In this document: one piece after another, positions 26,901 through 38,600 of the stretch | How the letters are laid out: every line of letters begins with the position of its first letter | Position numbering within the stretch: position 1 is the first letter of the stretch | Assembly (NCBI GenBank): GCA_051362555.1 | Contig: CM120648.1 | Coordinates: 15,310,587-15,374,586, forward strand | Source of the DNA: Lingula anatina | Taxonomy: Eukaryota; Animalia; Brachiopoda | DNA: 64,000 bases | Direction: 5' to 3' | Notes under the pieces: model-generated | Databases searched by the model: none | What the model was told of the DNA's origin: nothing | Seen by the model: the letters and a program-made list of their open reading frames with translations, nothing else | Position numbers and translations under genes: made by a program

Positions 26901-27457
26901 GCAGCATAAGGCTGCTATGACTGCACAGTTGTATTTATGAAAATCTTTATCATATTTTATATCTAACTTCAGAAGAATGTCATTCATCAAGTAGTTTGGG
27001 GTCACCCCTCAACAGACAGTGGGCAGACAATAACAGAATGCACCTTACATTTCCATCCCACCCCTGATCCCACCTATATGTTTATGTGGCCAAACATTTG
27101 CCCTTATTGTTTACTTTTCATAAGGTAACTTACTCGAATATACTCGAATAAATGGTACAATTCAACGTACATGTATGCCATATGTCAACAACAATTAAAT
27201 TTCCGTCAGTAGACGTTAAAACATAGCGCCACATCAGCTTCAGCCTAACCGCCCCCTCCCTCCCAATCCCGGAAGTAAAACTGTCCCTGGGAAAAAGTTT
27301 TCTCAATCTGTTATTGTTTTGATTCATTATCAACACAACAGTAAATGATGCAAATATGCCTTACCTGAGCTCACTTTTCAAACTCACGATAAAACACAGA
27401 TACAATGCCATATAAACGCCAGCACAAGCTATTTACCTCACAGAAATCGATATTCAT
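17899..27457 (-). CDS. JmjC (cupin) Fe/2-oxoglutarate dioxygenase, JMJD6/JMJD4/JMJD8-related, with N-terminal transmembrane segment; 11 exons
   Basis: Phase-compatible exons: 27457-27437 and 26255-26189 (both tentative), 25524-25347, 24173-24018, 23019-22911, 22052-21903, 21339-21178, 20725-20640, 19780-19660, 19276-19127, 18075-17899 (TAG). Motifs: PVIITDVVPKWGAYHWS; LLWGTPHSRSSLHIDPYNWTGTNAVIKGRKQWK (HxD and 2OG-binding K); QLPGELLIIPPGWFHQAYN (distal His). Confidence 0.88.
18270..18435. mobile_element. Diverged repeat family A copy with internal hairpin
   Basis: CTTAAATGTCTGTCACACCTA ... TAGGTGTGACAGACATTTAAG hairpin, and TAGTGAGACTCCCC..GATAGATCGATC shared with 228-257. Confidence 0.75.
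18822..19181 (-). repeat. 75-bp tandem array spanning the JmjC exon 10 donor (5 donor copies)
   Basis: GAACAG|GT donors end at 19127, 19052, 18977, 18902 and 18827. Unit is ~55 nt exon plus ~20 nt intron. Confidence 0.97.
19362..19655. repeat. Imperfect (GA)n / (GACA)n microsatellite filling JmjC intron 9
   Basis: GAGA runs followed by degenerate ACAG/AAAC tetramers. Confidence 0.8.
19971..20011. repeat. (CA)n microsatellite
   Basis: Uninterrupted AC run. Confidence 0.95.
20150..20462. mobile_element. Second copy of the Kolobok-like MITE (left TIR degenerate)
   Basis: TGAATTTTCCTGGAGTAAACAACAATTTTCCCAT and the right TIR CGAAGAGTTATTATCCCT|TTAA are shared with 41009-41345. Confidence 0.88.
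20691..20834 (-). repeat. Duplication of JmjC exon 8 start into upstream intron (78-bp period)
   Basis: ACATACAGAAGGTGGTCCTGTC(C/T)AGGTGGAATCAAC occurs at 20691 and 20769. The intronic copy has TTG in place of the acceptor CAG. Confidence 0.88.
22105..22290. mobile_element. MITE family B copy 2
   Basis: Shares CAGCAGACTAA..GATCAAATATGG..AAAAAGCTTGCCA..GATTCCCTG..AAGTGGGTC with 24890-25073. Inverted ends. Confidence 0.8.
22515..22712. mobile_element. Repeat family A copy
   Basis: Contains GCAATTTAGCGTGAACCCCCAGGGAGTTAGGTCGATCTAA as at 1-40, and is the reverse complement of ~100-260. Confidence 0.85.
24630..24886. mobile_element. Fully palindromic 257-bp MITE (PIF/Harbinger-like termini)
   Basis: GGCTTCGTTCACATGCA...TGCATGTGAATGAAGCC. 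The arms pair over almost the whole length, and AAA flanks both sides. Confidence 0.88.
24890..25073. mobile_element. MITE family B copy 1
   Basis: Imperfect TIRs GAGCCCACTCAGAGCAGCAGACTAACAGA / TCTGTTGGTCCGCTGTTCTAAATGTGCTC. Homologous to 22105-22290. Confidence 0.8.
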
Positions 27458-27622
27458 GACGTAAAAATCGATCTATTGTGGCTGCAGGTCGGCATTCCGT
27501 GGGCGCAGCCATCTTGGATACTCTAGACATCCGGGCACCTGCAGGTCACGTGATACATACAATCGTCGGCCATAGTGGGTCAGTGAATCCTGATACGAGC
27601 TAGAAAATCTTTTTAATACCAG
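27458..27622. promoter_or_regulatory. Putative bidirectional promoter (JmjC / GIGYF) and GIGYF non-coding first exon
   Basis: CpG-enriched patch between divergent genes, GTCACGTGA E-box at 27545-27553, and a plus-strand donor CCAG|GTAAAT at 27622/27623. Confidence 0.5.
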
Positions 27623-30440
27623 GTAAATGAACATTCTAAGCATGTTATTGGTCCAGAGGTCTGGTCTGAGATACATAGCTTGTAGAATTATCGTGTATTC
27701 GGGTGTGTTAGTTGTGATGTAGACGTTGGAAATAAGTCGACATCCGGTGAAATTTTTGTGCTATGTGGACGACTGAGAACCCGAGCGAGGCCATGCTTGC
27801 AGAAGCAGCCTGATTTATTACATATGGTGCATACATTGGGGCTTATCACGGCTTCTTTCCTCTTCCAAACTCATCATTTTGTACACCTGCATGCTCTAAG
27901 AAACGGATGCATTGATATTAGTGCGTTGACGTTAGCGCATTTTTAAAGGTTTTGCGTGAAAAAAGTGAGTTGTACTTTGTCTTTGCACACCTCTGTTAGT
28001 GTAGTGGAGATGAGTAACAGAGTGATTCACTGATAGTAGTTGAGTGCTGGGTGATCATAACTAGTAGGTAGATATTTGGTGATCACTTGTGATAAGAAGT
28101 GAAGTTGCACTGGATGTTACAAAGGTAGCATGCTCTGTTGATCTCATAAAGTGTCCAAGCATGAAGTTGAAAACTAGGAGATGATAGAAGTGTGAACTTT
28201 TTCATGATCAAGGAAAAAAAAGGTTAAAATATCATTGCATACACCTATTTCGATGTACAGAGATCAAAAGATATTAATAAGAGATATACTTAAGAAGGTT
28301 TTAGACTTCTAGTTTAACCCAACTATCTTTACTCTGTTGAATACCATTTTAGTGTCTAGCATCAAGTATAAACACTTTCGTGAACACATGCAAGTATAAA
28401 TGTACAAAGATACTGTAAAGTGACATTCAACTAGGGTATCACATAAGTTTTGTGGATTTTCGACTCCTCAAGTCGCACACTGCTCAAAATTCTACCAGTG
28501 GCACTGTGAGTTACATCTGCTTGTCTACCAGATATGTTGAGGAGTATTAAACACCCACTGAAGACTCCTCTTGAAAACTTACTGTGTGGGAAATCATATG
28601 TGTGCTGTGCAGTATTGGGACAAGTTTCATTCATCACACCACTTTGGGTTTATTTTCAAGAAGGATACCTATTTGTTACATTCTGAGGTTTGTTAATGGT
28701 ATCAAATTAAATGGATGTATAATTGTGTGATAGCATAACTCAAAGACGAGCAGATTCATATAAAGCTGCCGATGGCAAAAATGGTTGGTTTTTTAGCAGT
28801 ATGCAGTTTGAGTAGGTGGGGAAGAAAAATGTTCTCTATACTTTTAAATTTTAAGTGTACTAGTAAGTACTTGAAATATTCAAAAAAAATGTAAATGGGG
28901 GTGCAAACATGATTTTTCAGGCTTTATATATTGTCATGTGTGGAAAAGACGCTTAATCTTTGATTGCTATACCTTCATATGATAGCAAGCTAGTTGAGAT
29001 TGAAATTAGATGCACTTGATTTAAAGGTTCAGTATGCTTCTCTGCAGTGTATCATTTATGAGCAATCTTTTATCTGTAGTGTAACAACACCTATAGGTAT
29101 ATGTATGTTTGATTGCCCATCTCTTTCTTCATTCTGGTCTCTGTGAAAATTGTATGTTCATGGTATTTTAGTATCTATGTGTGTTCCCTGTTCCCAGTAT
29201 TCTAGTATCTGTGAGTGTTCCCTGGGTCTGCTCCCCCTCCATGTATTTTAGTTTTTGTTTGTGTTCTGTGTCAATTGTGAAATGTTAAATAATTTAATAC
29301 AATCCTGTACATCCTGTTGTAAATCAACTAAAAAGTGAAAATGTTATAATTACATGATCAGAACACTGTGCTTGATCTCCTTGGGACATCTTACCTCTTG
29401 AACTTAACTATCATAGAATATTGTAACTTTTAAAACCCCAAATGTAATCTAAGGCTTAAAACAAAGACAATTTATTAAAAGCATCTTAAGTTAGATATAA
29501 AAATTAATGCATAAAGAGTAAGTTTAAGCATCAAAGTATTGATTTATTATATACATTGCAGCTTTAATTTTGATTTTATGTATGCAGTATATGTGGTCTA
29601 TAAGTGGTATGTGGCTGGCTGTTCCTTTAAAATTCTAGATCTATTAATAGGAACGTGTGTCATACAAATCCCAGATATATGTATGTGGGCATTTTTTATC
29701 AAATTTTAAAAGATTTAATTACTAAAGAAGTATCTTTTAGTGTCCTGTTGTCTGTATCCATGATTTTCAATCATTTTATATGAATCACAATAGTTAAACT
29801 TTGACCTCAAGTTCGAAAGAAATTTCTATGGTATCTTCATTTTTCATTTATCTACAACTACATATAATTTATTGGTCATGCCCCTCTAACTTGTTGAAGT
29901 TTATTGAGGAGGTGATGAGGAAGGACTGCCAACTTTGGAGCACAAGTCTCTTAAATTTGTTTGAAAATGGTTCACCTAGACCTACTTTTAAAGGTCAGGT
30001 CATCAAGGTCATGTTGGTGATCAAGGTCATGCATGTCATCTTAACAAAATTTTCAGAATTAAATTTCAAGGAACAATTGAGCTGGATCACCAGTAGGTTG
30101 TAGATAGTTTTCTTGTGGTTAGGGGCCTTGTTACCATGGAATCCATATTTCATCCCTCTTATTTTATTGGCAGAATGTCAAGAGTGACAGGTAGATTATT
30201 AGCACCCACAACACAATAAATTCCAATGTGAGTTCTAGGAAGTTACCTGTATGTTACCTGTAAGTTATGCTGAGTGGGGTTAAAGCAGATAAAGACAAGA
30301 TAAATGGTGGATCAGTTACTACTGAGAGGCCAGCAACCTGGTGAAGAACAGCTGACTGACTTTATAGCAGTAACTTGATGTGTGAGAGTGTAGGGTACCT
30401 GACTTGTATGTGATATGGTACTGCTGTACACCTGTTTAAG

Positions 30441-30623
30441 CCCCCTGGATGGTGTCCCTTGGCATGGTCCCGTTAGAGAGAAAAAAAAACACATGCTGAC
30501 AACTGGTCAATCATTGAGCATCCATTCTGCAACCATTGTTTGCGCTACCTTTTTACGACCACACTGATGCCAGTTTCATGGTCCCATAAAGTTGGCTGCA
30601 AGGACGCCGTCCACTGTAAAGGG
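30441..30623. mobile_element. MITE family C copy 2
   Basis: Shares CCCTGGATGG, TGCTGACAACTGG, TTGAGCAT, TACGACCACA, GATGCCAGTTTCATG and GGACGCCGTCCA with 32802-33030. Confidence 0.75.
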
Positions 30624-32620
30624 TTTTTTTTTTAGTGGAAACATGTGGCTGCGGGTAGATGTGATTTGGTTAGGCAAGCAGTATGTAGATATATTTGACA
30701 ATTCAGCTCACACTGATCTGCTAGTAGTAACCTGCATTGCTGGTTCATTATACAGCTAGGATAGTTGATGTGTAGGATAACCAGTTGATGTGGAAGATAA
30801 AGGCTAATTTATTATGAGAGTCAAGTGAGAAACATACTGAGTTTTTGTCTCTTGGCTTAAATTGGACTGTTGATGAACATTTGCGAAATTCTTGTTACTG
30901 CAATAACTAGAAAAAATTCTTTGGTTCAAACTCTTTGTGGTCCCTCATTGGACCAAAATGCTGGCCTAGGTAAAAAGCTGTGATCAATTTCTTTCTTACA
31001 TTTTTATATTATTTTAAAAAGGTAGTTTTATTTTGAATTTTTTTATTCTATTTCATAATCCATTCACTGAAAACTGAATATGGGAAGGTATCTTTCCTTC
31101 AAATGCTTTGGTGTGTGGACAAGTACAATTAGAGCCTAGTTATCAAGAACACAAACTAAAAGCTGTATTAATTGTCTAGAGAATAGTGTTGATGTTAAGT
31201 TGTCTAGAGAATCTTGTTGACGTTTAGTTGAATACAGTTTGTTTTTGTGCAGACATGCAGAATGAGGAGAAGCATATTACGCCAGACTGGATAGCAATAG
31301 CAGCCTCTCGCAGCATTGTTAATAACCTGGTGTATAAAATAGGGACCAGTTAGTGAGTAAAAAAAAAGGCAACATAAAGATTGAAATGTTATTTGATTAG
31401 ACTTATTGTACAGTATTCAGAATTGACTTTGGTGCACCATATCAGTTAACAAGGGGTATCCTTGCCACTGGCCATTGATGTACGTGTGGTCACTTGCTGA
31501 CCGCTGTCCAGTGTCCTGGTCCGAAGTTTGGACCATATAGCCGTATCCACATGTGCTGAACACAGATGCACAACTTAATCACTGCATGCTTGTCTATGGG
31601 CACAGTTTATTTTAAACTATATTACACTTCACTCTTTAAATAATTCACTATGCTCTGTTATAATTATTCTTATAGATTGGTTTGCCATAGCATATGAATT
31701 ATTTTAATGAGTTGATTTACCTCTTGCCTTACAGAGGAAGTATATAATTACTGTCCAGATTGTAATATACACGGCACTAGTGAATATTGTTATTAACATC
31801 TTTATCATGCTTGGGCCAGTGGTTGTTATGTAGTGATGTCTGATGACTTCAGTGGCATGCTGTATAAATTTGTGATCAGGAGAAGAGAAATACAGTGGTA
31901 GAATAAAGTACATAATTAGGACCAATATTTTTCATTTGGATTGTGGAATGTCTTAGCAGTTTGTTAGTTTCAAAGCAGTTTTTTCTAAAACTAAATGGAA
32001 TTTGATGTATAGTTTCTTGGTCAATTGTGTATATTTCATATAAAATTGCACACTGACTGAGGGCTGCAGATCTCTGCTAACTGTTAACGTTACCTGTGGG
32101 CTTGAAATGCAGGCCAATTTTGAAAGTTGGCATGATGCAATTAATGTTATCATTTGCATTTTTTTTTTACACACACATTTGCACATAAACTGCTGGCAGC
32201 AGACAGGCTTTTATTTTCTGTGAACAGTCGAACAAATACATATATCCAAGTTATGAAGTCGTTTAGTATTAACATGCATATTGTTTTTTCACAAGTGCTT
32301 CATTTTTATCAAGTTTGTTAACCTTTTTCTCTTCTCTGTCTAGACAGGTGCTTAATACACATTTTTATCAGATATGGTAAATGTATATCACAGGGAAATT
32401 TAACAAGCAGGTGGAAAGTTATTTTAGATGGAGAGGTTTTTATTTTCTGCTTTACTCTCTGTTACCATCTGTTAATACAGGAATTTTCTTTCCAGGGTGC
32501 ATTTCTACTCTTTGGCCATTAACTTAATAGTTGTAGAATGCTTTAACAAGGGAGCAAAAGTTTTATGCAAAATTTATTGATGTGTGCTTATTTTTTATTT
32601 CTTCCAGATCATAGTTGAGA

Positions 32621-35600
32621 ATGGCAGATACATTGAAATTTGGTCCAGAATGGTAAGTTACCCATCACAGACTATGACCTTTTTCTACTTGTCCTCTTAG
32701 AGTCTTTAGTTTGTTACTTGTCACCCAGTAACTTGTTAACCAGCCAGGAAAGGGAGAGTCTTATTAAATCACTGTCACAAAAACTGTAGGCTGTCTCGCT
32801 AGGCCCCCTTTACCCTGGATGGAGTCCTCTCTGCATCCTATGGTATGGCCCTGTTTGAGAGTAAAAAAAATATCTTTACGTGCTGACAACTGGCCTATCG
32901 TTGAGCATTCATTCTGCAAGCAAAATGATGCTTGTGCTTCCTTTCTACGACCACAGCGATGCCAGTTTCATGTTCACACTAAGGACACAGGAAGGACGCC
33001 GTCCAGTGTAAGCCGTCCAGTGTAAAGGGGTTTTAAGTAAATTATTAGTACTAGTCTTAAAAAGCAATGAGTCAGCTTGAACAAGAAGCATGCTTTCTGA
33101 CCAGTGATAATGTGTCTGTCCCCAGGCTGCGTGCCCTGTCTGACGGTAACAGTGTGACCACGCCACCCCCCTCGCCCAGCTACCCCAAGTACAAGCTAGC
33201 AGACTACCGGTATGGGCGGGAAGAGTTCCTCGCCTTGTTCCAACCAGAGTACGAGATACCAGAGGAGCTGCTCCAATACCCCTCCATACTGGTGGAGAAA
33301 TCTCAGAAACCCATGGCGCTTATACCACTCACAGAGGAAGAAAATGTAAGTGTGTAGTCTTCTCTCTGAGGAAGAAAAAGTGAAAGAGGGTTTATTTCTA
33401 AAAAAATTGTAAAATACGCCCAGTTTGCTGATTCCACTTTGAAGAGTTATCAGGTGATAATTGTGAATCCATCTTCCTTGCTGATCGCTTAAAGGTTGTC
33501 TTAAGAACTAACTGTATTTTGTGGCTGAAGCAATAGTAGACGGCTGCTGTAAGCCTCTCTTTTGTCAGGTTCACAAACCTTCATCCCAGCAAGGATTCTT
33601 AGTTCCTGGGTTTAGTTTTCACTTGTTGAGTTTTTCACGACCTGCATCTTTGAGGTCTGCTCTGTATTTCCTGTTTGTAATGAATTTTAAAACTAAAATT
33701 TACCATGTTGTTCTTTTCCAGCGCATCATGTCCCAGTCAGTGAACAGTCTAGCGGTGCTGCGTCTGATGGGGAGGGGCGGCGGTGGCGCCTCTGGTGGTC
33801 CAGGGGGACCGTCCATGAGAGGTGGACGAGGAGGCTTTGTGGAAAGAGGCCGAGGTCGTGGTCGAGGAAGGGGTGATGGCTACTACTCCAGAGGACCATA
33901 TGAGGAGGGGGAAGGCAGCCTGGGCAGGGGGAGGCTGCACAGTAGGAGTGACAGCTGGGACGAAGGGTGCGTATTTGCTTACCACATTCTACTATAAATA
34001 TAAATACTATCTTGAAATAGAAATTGAGATGGATCTTGATTTAGGTAAAAGTACTCAGCATCAGTTGCTGGTTCCATGGGCCTACAGAAGACATGCTGAC
34101 TGATTTGATTAAAAAATTTATAAATGTCCAAACGTTTTGCTATTTTACTGTTTGTGAATTGACCTGAATTTGTCTTGCTTTACATTAGAAGCAGAGATCC
34201 GAGACCTAGATTTGAGCGAGGGTTTTCAGCGCGGGGAGCATATGAAGAAGGTGAACAGATATCTCCCAGGAGAGATTTCTCGCGCTCTATGAGCAGTGAT
34301 AACTGGCGGGAAGCTAAGAACATAGCTGAGGAGGAGGGGGAGGGTGGAGACTGGAGAATGGCCAGGTCTAAGGACAGATGGGGTTAGTATACTTCACTTT
34401 TGTGATTATAGAGAAAACGGCGGGTTGAGGCACTTCTTGGTCTTCCAGAAGAAGGGTCAGATTTTCAAGTTTACATTGACGGGTATATTTTTTTTTCTGT
34501 GGGAAGTCGGTCAGAAATAGATAAGGGATCAACAAAGATAATTTGGAAACTTTCAGAAAAAATCTCTGGATCCGCCCCTGGAAATTGCAGTCACATTACA
34601 AATGGTGCTTCTTTGGGAAGAGCAATAACATGTCAAAATACAATTTCTTCACATTCTTTTTTCATGGACTTCTGGTTTTGATTTGCAAGTATGTTTTATT
34701 TCATTCACTTCTGACTTGTAGTTAGAGATATAAATATAAAGCAAACTCTATGTATTCTTCCCCATGATCAGGGACCCGTGGCGGCTGGCGTGGAGGAGAG
34801 TACGACTATGACAGAGCAGAGAGGAACGACAGGGGTTTCTTCAGACAGAACAGTTACGGTGACAGGCCTTATTACAACCGCCAGAGGAGTGCCAGTGAGT
34901 CTTGGGGAGATGAGGAGGGTAAGTTGAGGAATTTATTCAGGCAGGTCTTCTTACTGGTGTCAGAGGAGTGCCAGTGAGTCTTGGGGAGATGAGGAGGGTA
35001 AGTTGAGAAATATATTGAGATGGTTGTTATCACTATTGTCAGAGAATTGTCAGTAACTCTTGGGGAGAGAAGGAAAGCAAACAATTCTGCTGGCTGACAG
35101 TGTTGAGGCAAGAGTGTATATAGTGACAGTTACAGATATGCCAGTCATCTTTTTTAAGATGAGTTGGGATGAAGAGAATTGATGTTTGATTTTGTATATG
35201 AAATGCCAACAAATCTTGTGGAGTTAGAGAAAGAGTTGACAGATTTAGAGTTGTGTGTTTGGCATCTTTCTATACATATATCCTGTCTTCCTTACAGATG
35301 TCCCAGAGTGGGCTGCAGATGTAGAAGAAGATATCGGGACGTTTGATGCCAGCGGTGCTTTTGTGTCATTGAAGGTAATAGTTTTCTCAGAAACCGAGAG
35401 GCGCGTCTCTCCAATGTGCATCTTTAGATCTAGTTCAGTGAGTATAAACAGAAGCAGAAAATAAACTTTGATGCAAATATGAATGGTTAACTTATATGCA
35501 GTAATCTAAGGGCCAGACAGTACAGAGAGGATGTTTTATTGCAGGAGGCGGAGGATCAGAAGAAGGCCATGAAGAAAGGAGAGAAGTTGGGAGATGGGGA

Positions 35601-38600
35601 GCAGACCAACGGGGAGGTGAAGGTGTTCAGTGGAAAGGTAGAGACGTCGGATACAGAGGTAAGTTTTTTTTTATCTAAACTATGTAGAATAAGACTGTTC
35701 TAAGATATGAATATGTTATGATTGTAGAAAAAAAAAATTGTAAGTAAAAGATTAGTTTGATTCCAGTCAGGGAAAGATTGTGAAAAGTGAAAGGATGTTT
35801 GGCCGCAATGAAGTACAATGTTTATCCCGTGTAAACACTTTGGTTTATGTGCTGGCATTTCTTGTGAACATTTTAGAATAATAAAGGTGCCAAAATGGAG
35901 AGTAGTGAGGAAACAAAAGTTAACTCCACAAAAGAGAAAAACAATAACAATAAACAAGAGCTTAAAGCAGACACAAATGATGCAGAAAAAAGAGAGACCT
36001 CAAAAAGGCCAGAAAATAATTCACAACCAGAAAGCAATAACAAGGTTGCCAGCCAAATCAATGTTGCCAATAAGACACAGCCATTGAAGAAGGGAGGAAA
36101 AGACTCTGCTAATGCCCAGGAAGTGGATATTGATAAAACTAACAAGGCTCCTGAACCTGTTTTAACACCTTCTGATTCTCTTCCTGTGGCGATGTCTGTA
36201 ACCAAGGCAACAGAATCAGGAGTGGAGGGCAAACAGAAGGTTAACGGGGAGACCAGTGTGGTTGTCACTGCCAAAGCTGAGGACCTGGTGGAGCCATCTG
36301 GTGGCGATGTGAGTGAAGAGCGACAGAATGATCTCCATGACTTCCAACACTTAGAGGCAGCAGCGGAGAGTTTGGTGGCTACGTGGACAGCAGAGGTGAG
36401 GATGAGGGTGGAAGTTGGTGGGGAGGGGGAGTTTCTGGAGATGAAGGAGGGGTAATACCCCAATATGATATGTAGTTGCTCCCTTAAATCTTTTTGCACC
36501 TTTTCCTTTCAGTTTACTTTTAAAAGAATTGGAATGAAGTGCCATTTTTACTTTTGTGCTTGGAATATTATAAACAAGAACTCAAAGCTAATCAAAGAGG
36601 AGAATAGACGGATTTCTTGAGGGACGAAGAAGTAAAAGAAGAATAGATAATGTATAATACAAGCATTGAGTTGAGCATTGTGTTCAGTGCAGGAAATGGT
36701 GTGTAATAAAATGTCTGTACATGTGTGTGTGTTCACCTTCAGGAGGATGCCAAAACCCACAGCAAGGCAGCAGTGGACAGTGGTGGTCTTCCCATTGACC
36801 ATGAGGATGCCAAGAGGTGGTTTTACCGTGACCCCCAGGGGGAGGTGCAGGGTCCATTTGAGAACTCTGAGATGGCGGAGTGGTTCAGCGCGGGCTACTT
36901 CACCATGAATCTACTGGTCAAACGCGGCTGTGACGAGAGGTTTTATCCGCTGGGAGAGCTGATCAAGAGATGGGGGCGTGTGCCTTTCCTGACAGGGCCC
37001 TCCCCACCACCCCTGCTGCACTCGGCCTCCCCCACCCCAGAGGGTCAGGTACAGCCACTGCCACAACCCACACAGCAAGAACAGATAAAGATGCAACAGC
37101 TACTGTTACAACAACATATGATGCAGCAACAGCATATCATGAGGTGAGTACCCTACAGTAGGAACAATGTATGGTAGGGTTTATATTGTCTTTGGGTAGA
37201 CCTTTACGTGTAATCTGTTTATGTGTAATCTGCTGTCCACACGACTAGTAGAAAACGCAGTGTGTGCTGACAGTGGCAGTGATTATCGACTTGGCAAAAG
37301 AACAGTTTTGGTGTTAACTTTTTGGGGATATTTATTGTACCACCAGCGTAGGCGCTGGCGGTACACATGGTTTTAGTCCCGACCCGTATGTTCCGCCGGC
37401 TCCTGCGGCTCCGCCGGCTCCGCCGGCTCCTGCGGCTCCTGCGGCTCCGCCGCCAAGTCACCGTTACCGCTTCTCCTCCTAGACGGTAAGGGTCTCCATA
37501 CCCATCTCTTGGATTTAGGTCACCTATAATCTCAACTCGTTCCACGTAAAATTTGGGCTTTGTCGGTATTGGGGTCTAGGTGTGGCGCTCATTGCAATGC
37601 ACCCTTGTCCAAAAATGGCAAAATTAAATGCTAATTATCTCCCCTACGGAAGGAATTATGGGAAAATTTTCTACAGACAGCTTTCCAAAAGTCATATGTG
37701 TAGATTTCAAATATGCCCTTGTATTTTACCTTTGACCTTTATTTCAAGGTCAAACGGGCCAAAATTTTCAAAAAACAAAATTTTTGCCGAAAAAAAAAAT
37801 TTTTTGCGCTCTTATTCAGACACCACACAGACTTAACTAATAATATTAATGGAAAGTGTTACCCTTCGGGTCATCTTTCATCTCCGTGAATTTGGGGTCA
37901 ATCGGTGCATTTTCACGGGAGTAGCGGCCATAAGATATCAAAACTGAAAACTGTCTCTAATTCGGGAACCGTTAATGCTAGACACCCATTCTTTTTTGCA
38001 TTATGTAGAGCATGTAAAGCCCAACACTGGACGTGGTCTCCATTTTTTTGTATTCCATACGGTTTTCGAGTTACGCTTTATCAAAAAGTACATATTGGTG
38101 GTGAAAGCAAAATGTGCAGGCTTGGCAAAGCAGACAACTTGTGGTCAAAAATGACATTATTTCATCAAATTTGAACATCTGGAACTTCAGAGCACCTCCC
38201 ATTTCAAGAATTTTGACCAAAATGACCTTTTCTTTATTTTAATTAATTTTTTTCTGTAGGAAATTTATGGCACACTATGGTAACTCCAATATTATACCAT
38301 TTAGTCCCTTATATCTCCAAAACTGGCAGAGATAGGTCCATAGTTTCTATTGAACTTGAATAGGAAGTCATATACTGGCAATCTAAACGTGACCTTAAAA
38401 TTGACCTTTGACCTACTTTTCACCATGAACTGAACTTTGCAAATTTTGCTTCCCTTTTATCTCCAAAACTGGCAGAGATAGGTCCATAGTTACTATTGAA
38501 GTTGAATAGGAAGTCATATACTGGCAATCTACATGTGACCTTAAAATTGACCTTTGACCTACTTTTCACCATGAACTGAACTTTGCATATTTTGCTTCCC

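Noticed and set aside
27623-32607. Hidden gene or intronic snoRNAs in the long GIGYF 5' intron
   Set aside because: No convincing ORF, splice chain or paired C/D or H/ACA boxes recognised by eye. An Infernal/Rfam search would be needed.
37219-37545. Arg/Ser-rich (protamine or SR-like) ORF
   Set aside because: It comes from the 9-bp microsatellite inside the Helentron-type element.
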